From NCBI GenBank assembly GCA_016699425.1, contig CP064975.1, forward strand, positions 258,979 to 322,978: a DNA stretch of 64,000 bases, read 5' to 3'. The position numbers were made by a program, and so were the translations under genes. The DNA comes from Candidatus Moraniibacteriota bacterium (lineage in GTDB: Bacteria > Patescibacteriota > Minisyncoccia > Moranbacterales > UBA1568). The notes beneath the pieces are model-generated. The model had not been told where the DNA came from, made no database searches, and worked only from the letters and a program-made list of their open reading frames with translations. Of the stretch, positions 1 through 7,496 are shown piece by piece. Position 1 is the first letter of the stretch. Every line of letters begins with the position of its first letter.

Positions 1-360
1 GACGAAGAACACGAAGAAAAAGATGAGGATGATGGAAAGAAAGCGACTCAGGAAACAGGTACAGGGAGCAAGACGAAAGCGAAGACAGTGAAGGTAGTCA
101 AAGACGTCATCGAGTATCGACCGATCGCGAAGACTGTTATCGTCACCGAAGAAGCATATGCGACCGATACGGATGGCGACTTGCTCGTCGATGCCATCGA
201 TCCTGACCCGAAGGTGCCGCAAAACGAATATTTCACTGATACCGATGGTGATGGCGTACCCAATGCGATCGACCGGCATCATGATGAAGATGATTTTTCC
301 TATTATGAATTCGAAACCGACAACGACAACAACGGTATCCTCGATTCCTACGAAGAGTGA
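1..360 (+). CDS. C-terminal fragment of a secreted protein with thrombospondin type-3-like calcium-binding repeats (starts upstream of the window)
   Basis: The frame is open from base 1. Repeated TDTDGD / DTDGDGVPNAIDR motifs are typical TSP type-3 Ca-binding repeats. Confidence 0.45.
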   Translation, partial: DEEHEEKDEDDGKKATQETGTGSKTKAKTVKVVKDVIEYRPIAKTVIVTEEAYATDTDGDLLVDAIDPDPKVPQNEYFTDTDGDGVPNAIDRHHDEDDFSYYEFETDNDNNGILDSYEE

Positions 361-403
361 TGCTCTGTGGAAAAGTCTTCGTCATGAAGTCCGAGGGGAA
401 ATC

Positions 404-1279
404 ATGAAGACAGATGTCGCTTGCGAGATTCTGTTCTCTGTTGGACAGGAACAGGAAGCGCAGGCTGCTCTCCAGGAAGTATTTGTGCTCTTCCGGGCTT
501 TCGAGGCGCGCTACAGTCGCTTCATTGAAGGGAATGAAATATGGCAGTTCAATCGAGGGTCGGGGAGTGTCGTCTCTCCAGAATTCTTTCGTCTCCTTAG
601 TGAGGCAAAACAGTATTATGGAACAACGGGCGGGTTGTTCGATCCGAGTATCCTACCTGTTCTCGAACGAGAAGGATATGTCGGGGCAGCGAGCGGTATC
701 ACTCCAGAGCTGCGGCGAGGGTTCGCTGAACTCTCTCTGAATCAAGAGACGCTCACAGTAACCAAACCGCGTGAGCTCGTGATTGATTTCGGGGGTATCG
801 GGAAGGGTTTCATCGTGGATCGAGTCGCCGATTTTTTGGGACAGCGTTTCGAGAACTTTCTCATCGATGCAGGTGGGGATATCTATACGAAAGGGGCAAA
901 TCGGAAAGAAGGGTACCCATACTGGGCAATCGAGGTTGAACATACAGCACATGAAGAATCGTCTGTTTTGCTCACTCTTTCCGATATGGCAGTGGCGACA
1001 TCGGGAGTGAATCGACGTTTCTGGAAGAAGGATGGAGAACGGAAACATCACATCATCGATCCAATGATCGGGAGCAGCGCGGCCACTGATTTCATCTCAG
1101 TGACGGTTATCGCTTCAAGCACGACTGCGGCTGATGTGTGGGCGAAGTCGCTATTTATCGCCGGCAAGAATGGGGCGGATGCCCTGGCCGAGAGATTTCA
1201 CATCCCCGCCGTGTTTGTCGGAGCCGACCATAACCAATATGCAAACGAGTATGCAACACCCTATCTGTGGAAATCGTAA
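404..1279 (+). CDS. apbE: FAD:protein FMN transferase (ApbE family)
   Basis: The ApbE signature DFGGIGKGF is present, with a downstream TSG..RRF..HIIDP region. Start chosen at ATG 404 in the same frame as track ORF 158..1279. Confidence 0.8.
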   Translation: MKTDVACEILFSVGQEQEAQAALQEVFVLFRAFEARYSRFIEGNEIWQFNRGSGSVVSPEFFRLLSEAKQYYGTTGGLFDPSILPVLEREGYVGAASGITPELRRGFAELSLNQETLTVTKPRELVIDFGGIGKGFIVDRVADFLGQRFENFLIDAGGDIYTKGANRKEGYPYWAIEVEHTAHEESSVLLTLSDMAVATSGVNRRFWKKDGERKHHIIDPMIGSSAATDFISVTVIASSTTAADVWAKSLFIAGKNGADALAERFHIPAVFVGADHNQYANEYATPYLWKS

Positions 1280-2117
1280 AGCTCGCGTGTTCACTGGTTT
1301 CGCTCGGATCCTACTGTTCTGTGTACTCATGTACTCGGCACAGGTGCACGCATCCGTCAAGGACACGGATGCAGATGGGTTGACTGATGTGGCCGAGACT
1401 GATTTGTATTTCACGAATCCAACAGATTCGGATACTGATGGCGATGGGATTTCGGATTTCCAGGAAATCAAACAAGGGACCAATCCGCTTGTGGTGAATG
1501 TGACGTCATCGCTTGCGAGGCAGCTACAAATGGATGAACAGTTGCCGCTTGCCTGGTATATCGGACGAGCCAGTGGCATCCTGGCATTTATTCTCCTCAC
1601 GATCGTAGTCGTGAACGGACTCCTGATGACGACTCGCCTTGTTTTCCGCTTCCTGCCACCCGCTTTGAATTACGAGATGCATCGGTTTCTCTCTTGGATG
1701 GCACTTGTTGCGGTCATCGGGCACTTCATCAGTTTCACGTTTGATAAGTATCTCCGGATAACCGTCTCCGAGGGGCTGATTCCGTTCACACTCATTCGTG
1801 ACTTCCCTTCTGCTCTGGGTTACAGTCTCCGTTGGACGATCGGTATTGGGACGCTTGCGTTGTACGGGATAGTTGCTCAGGTACTCGTTTCGCAGCTGAA
1901 GGGACGGTTTATCGGGCTCAAGAAATGGCGGTTATTGCATTACACTGGATTTCTCGCTTATGCACTCTTCCTCATTCATGGAATTTTTGCGGGCACTGAT
2001 TCCAAGGAATGGTGGATGATCTGGCTCTACAGTTTGTCTGCTAGCCTTGTCCTGCTACTGACGATGCTCCGTATCGTCGCTTCGATCAGGAATGCCCGGA
2101 AGGTCGCGGTCAGTTAG
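1239..2117 (+). CDS. Ferric-reductase-like transmembrane heme protein (MsrQ/YedZ-like) with an N-terminal signal peptide and TSP3-like Ca-binding repeats
   Basis: Signal-like RVFTGFARILLFCVLMYSAQVHA is followed by DTDADGLTD / DSDTDGDGISD repeats. About six TM helices carry conserved His pairs (HRFLSW...VIGH, HYTGF...LIHG). Alternative starts are 1251 or 1329. The 5' end overlaps apbE. Confidence 0.6.
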   Translation: MQTSMQHPICGNRKARVFTGFARILLFCVLMYSAQVHASVKDTDADGLTDVAETDLYFTNPTDSDTDGDGISDFQEIKQGTNPLVVNVTSSLARQLQMDEQLPLAWYIGRASGILAFILLTIVVVNGLLMTTRLVFRFLPPALNYEMHRFLSWMALVAVIGHFISFTFDKYLRITVSEGLIPFTLIRDFPSALGYSLRWTIGIGTLALYGIVAQVLVSQLKGRFIGLKKWRLLHYTGFLAYALFLIHGIFAGTDSKEWWMIWLYSLSASLVLLLTMLRIVASIRNARKVAVS

Positions 2118-2306
2118 CAGTAGTCGAGGCTGGAGAAATTGACTGAGGAGGCCGAAACCCTGGCCCGTGCGGCCGGTTCTCGCCCGGGTGGGGGGGGCGG
2201 TGGCCTTTAGACCAGAGGATCTTGACACTGGGTAGGGAGTGTCGGATACTTTGGGCGAGTAATCGTACTTTACTCATCACCCCCCCAACCCACCCCAATT
2301 TTTTTC

Positions 2307-2987
2307 TTGCAGGAGGTTCAAATGCCCTTGTTGTTGCTTTTTGTTCTTTACACGATTATTGGATTCCTTGGGTTGGCCTCCTGGACATCGGCTATGGCTG
2401 AGCCGCTACCCTTTCCCGACACCACTGCCCCGACGGGCCGGGGCCTCGTGCTCCGGGCTACTATCCCGCACCAGCAGCCATCAGGTCTTGATCCGTCGTA
2501 CAGGGCGATGGTGCGGGCGATTACCCTCAGTCGAAATGGCTTTGGTTTGAGCCAAGAGCCGCGCGACGTCTTGGGGTCGCCGCAAGCACCGATGATGGGC
2601 CAGTTGGAGCAGGATACTTCGCCAGCATGGGCGAAATCCCGGTCGTCTATCGGAGCCGCATTTCAGAGCGGACCTTGGACGGTCGCTGTTGAGTACCAGC
2701 AGGGGAAGAACCGACAGCCATTCATCGACCGCGGGTATTTCAGGAGTAGCGGGAAGGTATTCGCTGGTCTACAGTACCAGTTTGACAAGTCCACCTCGGT
2801 GTACATGGGGGTCTCGAGCAGTTTCTCAGCGGGTCTCCGCTGGGTAGGAAAGGAGGGTGATGAAGCCGCCCTTACCTTTGCTGGGTCTCCCAATGGGGAG
2901 ATGCGGAAATTGTTCTCTGGTTCGTCACCGGAGAATCTCCGAAATGTCATCACACTGACCTATCGGATACCACTTGGTCCGTGGTAG
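2307..2987 (+). CDS. Hypothetical secreted protein
   Basis: Long ORF with an N-terminal hydrophobic signal/TM (MPLLLLFVLYTIIGFLGLASW). No recognisable domain. Confidence 0.45.
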   Translation: MQEVQMPLLLLFVLYTIIGFLGLASWTSAMAEPLPFPDTTAPTGRGLVLRATIPHQQPSGLDPSYRAMVRAITLSRNGFGLSQEPRDVLGSPQAPMMGQLEQDTSPAWAKSRSSIGAAFQSGPWTVAVEYQQGKNRQPFIDRGYFRSSGKVFAGLQYQFDKSTSVYMGVSSSFSAGLRWVGKEGDEAALTFAGSPNGEMRKLFSGSSPENLRNVITLTYRIPLGPW

Positions 2988-3345
2988 GAGAGAACGGAAA
3001 GGATTTTAGGGTCACTACTCTGACCTGCCGAATGCCCCTCGCCACGCTTGGCAGAGGGGTTATTTCTTGGTAAGCGAGCAGTACCTTTCCTGTGGTGCAG
3101 CCAAAAGAAACCTTTCTCGCTCGTCCCTGTTTTCAAGTTTTTGAGACGCTTCGAAAGCCTCAGAGAGGTGCTATACTTGAGGCGTTATTGAACTTTTCAA
3201 TGGGGCAGAAAGTGTTCCAAATCAAAAAATATGAACATTGTAAACGCTGATAAGAGCCCTGACAGAAGAAGCATTTTTTAAACGATTATAAGTAAATAAA
3301 ACTACGGAAAAGCTTGAAACAGGGCCAGAAAGATTTGGGCGAAAT

Positions 3346-4122
3346 GTGGTCGTAACGGATCACTATCTACGACATGCAGAAAAAGGCAAGGGGCGCATGG
3401 GCGGCGACCTCAGCGCTGCAGGAGAAGGAGCCGCTGCTGCTGTGGGCCACACCCTCTCCGAACAGGATGTTATTAAAGCCTATACGGGCACCGTGCCGCG
3501 CACGAAAGATACAGCTCAATTAATTGTGGGGGCGTCACCAACGGAAAGGAAGCTCGTCCCTCGTATCCGCCAGTCTTTGGATGGGTTTGCTGGCTTCTTC
3601 GTTGACCCTCAGAAATCTCCTCTCTGGCAAAAACTTCTAGATGATTTGGCTCATATTCCGAGGGACCTTCCTCCTGACGAACAAAAAAAGGAAATTGCCA
3701 GAATCGGCGAAGAATTTACGACTCAATGGATTGCCTTTGAAGATAAACGTCCTGATGAAGGAACCTTGTCTCCACTTGAGGTGGCGTTAAACATGGCTAA
3801 GAGTACCGTCACTCACAGCAAAATGGCAGAGAGGCTGAAGAGTGGCACCAAAAACGAACTTATCAACGTCACGCATGAAGGGATGCTCACGGCAATGCTT
3901 CGCTACTTCCTCAGGCGAAAAAATGAGGACGGAACCTATACAGAAGGTAAAGAACTCTTAGAGAAGCTTGGGCCAGTACAATATCTGGATGATATTATTA
4001 TCCGAACAGCCACTGACGCCCAAGGAAAACGAACGAGTACGGCCACTTTTCGAGGAGAAGAGTATGTAGTGACTGGAGAAGAGCTTCTTGCTCACCATAA
4101 GGATTCACAAACTTCCTCTTAA
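3346..4122 (+). CDS. Histidine phosphatase superfamily-like protein (phosphoglycerate-mutase-like fold)
   Basis: An LRHAEKG motif resembles the RHG catalytic motif, and a later VTHEGML resembles the second His motif. It lies in a low-GC island and is tightly linked (12-nt gap) to the next gene. Confidence 0.4.
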   Translation: MVVTDHYLRHAEKGKGRMGGDLSAAGEGAAAAVGHTLSEQDVIKAYTGTVPRTKDTAQLIVGASPTERKLVPRIRQSLDGFAGFFVDPQKSPLWQKLLDDLAHIPRDLPPDEQKKEIARIGEEFTTQWIAFEDKRPDEGTLSPLEVALNMAKSTVTHSKMAERLKSGTKNELINVTHEGMLTAMLRYFLRRKNEDGTYTEGKELLEKLGPVQYLDDIIIRTATDAQGKRTSTATFRGEEYVVTGEELLAHHKDSQTSS

Positions 4123-4133
4123 GATATCTGAGT

Positions 4134-5450
4134 ATGCTTCCGGTTGAACAATACCGTAAAACCGTCCGCCGACCATACCCACCCCTGCAGAGTTTTCTTT
4201 TTTTAAAAGGTTTTGCAAAAGCTGATTACTATAAACCTTTTTTTAATGAACCATATGCTCTCACGGAAATAATAGTGACTGGTGATGCCTGGTACTGCTC
4301 TGACCAGCAGCTTGATCACATCGGAGAGCTCACCATGAAAGCTTGGGACACGCCGGAAGGTCTCGCAAAAGTAAAAGAGTTATTTTTTGAACGCGAAAGA
4401 AAACTCCTCGCGACAAAAGACCTTGTGAGTTTTGGTTTGGCCTTTGAAGAATATCAGCCGGCCGTACTGATGATTTCTTACTCTGAGAAAACACTGGATA
4501 TTCACCTTAGGACTTTATTGAAAGAAAAAATTAACCACGTCAAAGTGGAGCAAATCATGAGCGATCTAAATAGCCCCCTGGAGGATAACTTTTATAAAAA
4601 AGAGGAGTTGGATCTCGTCACCTCCTTGAACCTTTCTCATCACGTGAAAAAGTATGCTGGTTTGAATGCTAGATATGGTTCCGAAAAAGTATATACCTTA
4701 GATGAGGCCCAAAAACGTCTCCAAGGTCTTGATAAGAAAAAGTGGATTAAAAACTATCACAGAGAAAAAGAGGAACTTAAGAAAAGAATTTTGGAAATCA
4801 AATTACTCTTGGGTAATGCGGATGCTCATTGGGTAGATGTAGTCCAGTACAGCGTGTATTACCGGACGCAAAGGGCAGACGTGCTCCATTTGTCTACTTT
4901 TAATATGCTTGGCGAATTGAAAAAAGAAGCTAAAAGAGCCAACCTTTCTTATCCTGAAATTTTACAGTGTTCCGTGGACGAAATTATCAACCGTCGCCTT
5001 CCTTCGAGGACGGAGATAAGAAACCGTCAACGAGCTAATGGTTTCGTATTAGAGAAAGGGCAGATCCAGATTGTCACAGGAAAAGAGTACGAGAGAATAC
5101 GCGACTACTTTCCGACAAGTATCAAAGAGAGGAGACTCCTGACGGGGAACACTGCTTATAAAGGACAGGTGAAGGGACCAGTCTGCGTCGTATACTCACT
5201 TCAGGATTACGAGAAGTTTCGAGAGGGCGATGTTTTGGTAGCCGCCATGACTACGCCGGATATGGTCCCTTTAGTAAAAATGGCTTCGGCTGTTGTCACG
5301 GATGAAGGAGGAATTACTTGTCATGCCGCTATTATTGCCCGCGAACTTAAAAAACCTTGTATCATCGGTACCAAAGACGCTACGGCGATTCTGAAGGATA
5401 CTATGGTCGTAGAAGTGGATGCTACGGCGGGTACGGTAAGAGTTCTTTAA
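4134..5450 (+). CDS. Protein with a C-terminal PEP-utilising-enzyme mobile (phospho-His swivel) domain and an unrecognised ~350-aa N-terminal region
   Basis: The C-terminus reads TTPDMVPLVKMASAVVTDEGGITCHAAIIARELKKPCIIGT, matching the phosphohistidine domain of PpsA/PPDK/rifampin phosphotransferase. No ATP-grasp or PEP-binding TIM barrel is recognisable upstream. Confidence 0.6.
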   Translation: MLPVEQYRKTVRRPYPPLQSFLFLKGFAKADYYKPFFNEPYALTEIIVTGDAWYCSDQQLDHIGELTMKAWDTPEGLAKVKELFFERERKLLATKDLVSFGLAFEEYQPAVLMISYSEKTLDIHLRTLLKEKINHVKVEQIMSDLNSPLEDNFYKKEELDLVTSLNLSHHVKKYAGLNARYGSEKVYTLDEAQKRLQGLDKKKWIKNYHREKEELKKRILEIKLLLGNADAHWVDVVQYSVYYRTQRADVLHLSTFNMLGELKKEAKRANLSYPEILQCSVDEIINRRLPSRTEIRNRQRANGFVLEKGQIQIVTGKEYERIRDYFPTSIKERRLLTGNTAYKGQVKGPVCVVYSLQDYEKFREGDVLVAAMTTPDMVPLVKMASAVVTDEGGITCHAAIIARELKKPCIIGTKDATAILKDTMVVEVDATAGTVRVL

Positions 5451-5484
5451 CACACCCCCTTCTTGTACAAGTTGTTTCATAAAT

Positions 5485-6114
5485 TTATTTCTGATTCTGC
5501 AAAGCCAGCTTAATACCAAACGCAACAAGAGCCACTCCCATTATTTTAGAGAGGTAGTACTGCACCTTCGAAAACTTATTACGGACAAGGGGTGCAGAAA
5601 TAATAAATGCAAGGAGAGAAAACCAGATTCCTACAATAAAAGCAATTTCTATGCCGTACATTCCCTGTACAATCAGTGGTGTTTTTACATCAATGACTTG
5701 AGTGAAAATGCTCAGAAAAAAGAGAGTGGCTTTTGGATTGAGAGCATTTGTGATAAAACCTTCTTTTAGAGCTTGAGATAGAGAGATGTTCCCATCTCCT
5801 TTTTCTACGGAAATCTCTTTGAAACTTTCTTTTTTTGTTCTTACCAATTGAATACCAAGATACAATAAGTAAGCAGCTCCAACATATTTAATGATAGAAA
5901 ATAGAATAATGGACTGAGAAATAATAAGGCCAATCCCCAAAAGTGAATAAGCTACATGTACGAGTATCCCTAGCCCTACACCTAAGGCTGTCATGAGTCC
6001 AATCTTACGGGCATTCAGACTGTTCTTTGCTACCACAATAAAGTCTGGCCCTGGGCTTACAGCAGCCAAAAAGGCGATAATTCCTATTGTAATAGCTGGG
6101 AAAAAATACTCCAT
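5485..6114 (-). CDS. LysE/RhtB family amino-acid exporter
   Basis: 209 aa with six TM helices. The N-terminal IGIIAFLAAVSPGPDF motif is typical of LysE-type translocators. The gene is AT-rich relative to the core. Confidence 0.75.
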   Translation of the reverse strand: MEYFFPAITIGIIAFLAAVSPGPDFIVVAKNSLNARKIGLMTALGVGLGILVHVAYSLLGIGLIISQSIILFSIIKYVGAAYLLYLGIQLVRTKKESFKEISVEKGDGNISLSQALKEGFITNALNPKATLFFLSIFTQVIDVKTPLIVQGMYGIEIAFIVGIWFSLLAFIISAPLVRNKFSKVQYYLSKIMGVALVAFGIKLALQNQK

Positions 6115-6288
6115 ATATTACATATTTTAACATAAACTAAAAAACATCTTCCAGTGGCTTTAAATTGATTTTGCCCTACAAAGCATAGAGGTCATCCAAT
6201 ATAGAAACTTCTTGATAAAAGTCCTGAACCCCTGATTTTCCTTTTAGATAAAACAAAAACAGCCTCCGAAGAGACTGATTTCTTTCCT

Positions 6289-6472
6289 TGGCGGGGACGG
6301 CAGGACTCGGTCAGAGATAATTTACTCGCCGTCGCATATGAATTTTCCCGACCCTGACTCACGGCCTCGTCTACTGACTCGGCAGCGTTCCGTCTTTCTC
6401 ATCCCGACGGAAACCAAGCCCGCCTGCAACGGTGTAGCACTTCGGGCAGGCAGTTGGTTTCCTCTCGCCCCC
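6289..6472 (-). ncRNA. Putative ~185-nt structured small RNA with tRNA-Asp-like terminal segments, bounded by intrinsic terminators
   Basis: The minus-strand unit starts GGGGGCGAGAGGAAACC and ends GAGTCCTGCCGTCCCCGCCA, which are the same acceptor-strand sequences as tRNA-Asp. There is no T-arm. The interior has extended pairing (GGAAACCAA...TTGGTTTCC). Hairpin+T-run terminators sit immediately upstream (6484-6518) and downstream (6251-6277). Confidence 0.3.
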
Positions 6473-6483
6473 ACTATAGAACA

Positions 6484-6518
6484 AAAATCTCTCCCCCAAC
6501 AGGAGGAGAGATTTTGTT
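6484..6518. terminator. Bidirectional rho-independent terminator hairpin
   Basis: AAAAATCTCTCCCCCAACAGGAGGAGAGATTTTGTT has a perfect 8-bp GC-rich stem with T-runs on both strands. Confidence 0.6.
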
Positions 6519-6623
6519 ATGGCGGGGACGGCGGGACTTACCCCTCCGGGGCATAAACTTCTCGTCCCACCATCGTACCAAAAAATCAAAAACCCGACCG
6601 TAAAGGACGGGCTTTTGATTTTG

Positions 6624-6697
6624 CGGGGACGGCGGGACTCGAACCCGTGACCTTCTGCGTGACAGGCAGACGCTCTAACCAGCTGAGCTACGCCCCC
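6624..6697 (-). tRNA. tRNA-Asp (GTC)
   Basis: GGGGGCGTAGCTCAGCTGGTTAGAGCGTCTGCCTGTCACGCAGAAGGTCACGGGTTCGAGTCCCGCCGTCCCCG folds as a cloverleaf with anticodon loop CTGTCAC and discriminator G. It closely resembles E. coli tRNA-Asp. CCA is not encoded. Confidence 0.85.
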
Positions 6698-6862
6698 ATT
6701 TTCTGAACTCACGACCTACAACCGACAACTCACAACGAGAAGAAATGTATTAAAGCATCGCTCACCGTTGTTGGTTGTTCGTGCTGGGTTATCAGTTTTT
6801 TTGGTACCAGGGGCGAGATTCGAACTCGCGACCCCGGGCTTACTCGCCCCGTACCGAAACAG

Positions 6863-6935
6863 TAGCAGGGGTGGGGATCGAACCCACGACATCAGGCTTA
6901 TGAGTCCTGTGCTCTACCAACTGAGCTACCCTGCC
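6863..6935 (-). tRNA. tRNA with CAT anticodon (elongator Met or Ile2/lysidine type)
   Basis: GGCAGGGTAGCTCAGTTGGTAGAGCACAGGACTCATAAGCCTGATGTCGTGGGTTCGATCCCCACCCCTGCTA forms a standard cloverleaf with anticodon loop CTCATAA and a G1-U72 wobble. Confidence 0.75.
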
Positions 6936-7159
6936 GGAAATGTTTTGGTACGGGGCGAATCCCGCTGCTCCCTGCCTGCCGGCAGGCAGGTAACCAACTG
7001 AGCCCCGCCCGCATGATTCGCTTGCTCATCAAGCGTATCGGGCGGGTACCCTGGCGAGGTTTATACGATGAAACCCTGACCGCGTCGCAAGGCACGGAAA
7101 TAAAGCGAGGAGCGGGGAAGATGCCACAGTATCTGTCACCTGCTGATGGCTATATTTGT

Positions 7160-7233
7160 TGCGGGGGGTGGATTTGAACCACCGACCTCTTGGTTATGAG
7201 CCAAGCGAGCTGCCAGACTGCTCTACCCCGCTG
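7160..7233 (-). tRNA. Initiator tRNA-fMet (CAT)
   Basis: AGCGGGGTAGAGCAGTCTGGCAGCTCGCTTGGCTCATAACCAAGAGGTCGGTGGTTCAAATCCACCCCCCGCAA is near-identical in layout to E. coli tRNA-fMet. Position 1 is unpaired against A72 and the T-loop is TTCAAAT. Confidence 0.8.
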
Positions 7234-7496
7234 TATATGATCTCTAGGAACTTCCGACCACCCTTTAAACTTTTGAGATAGTTTTCCCTCTTTCGCGCTT
7301 CGGTGTAACTCGCATAGTCTTCTTTGTGAACGAGTACCCATTGTTGGTGTCTCTTGGTCCACTGGGAGCGACCCTGATTGTGAGCAGTAATCCTCTCCGT
7401 AACGTCAGCGGAGATACCGATGTACCTGCGCCCATTTTCGGATTGTATTACATAAACGCTGAACGGTAAACTCGTGTCGAGCATAGGGAGTCTCAT
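7194..7496 (-). CDS. Small GIY-YIG nuclease (YhbQ/UPF0213-like) inserted at tRNA-fMet
   Basis: MRLPMLDTSLPFSVYVIQSENGRRYIGISADVTERITAHNQGRSQWTKRH...TEARKRENYLKS carries the GIY..YIG and conserved Arg/Glu motifs. The start ATG lies in a CTCATGAG anticodon-loop mimic of a degenerate tRNA-fMet 5'-half copy (7513-7537). The stop TAA is the TAA of the CTCATAA anticodon loop of the intact tRNA-fMet. The track ORF 7194..7673 is an artefactual upstream extension. Confidence 0.7.
   Translation of the reverse strand: MRLPMLDTSLPFSVYVIQSENGRRYIGISADVTERITAHNQGRSQWTKRHQQWVLVHKEDYASYTEARKRENYLKSLKGGRKFLEIIYSGVEQSGSSLGS

Noticed and set aside
158-403. Upstream extension of the apbE ORF to 373 aa
   Set aside because: It overlaps the 3' end of the upstream TSP3-repeat gene in another frame. 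ApbE homology begins after ATG 404.
6289-6472. tmRNA (ssrA) hypothesis for the tRNA-end-like small RNA
   Set aside because: There is no T-arm before the 3' acceptor strand. There is no G3-U70 alanine identity pair (the wobble is at position 5). No plausible tag reading frame ends in ...AA-stop. At ~185 nt it is too short. SRP RNA and RNase P conserved motifs were also not found.
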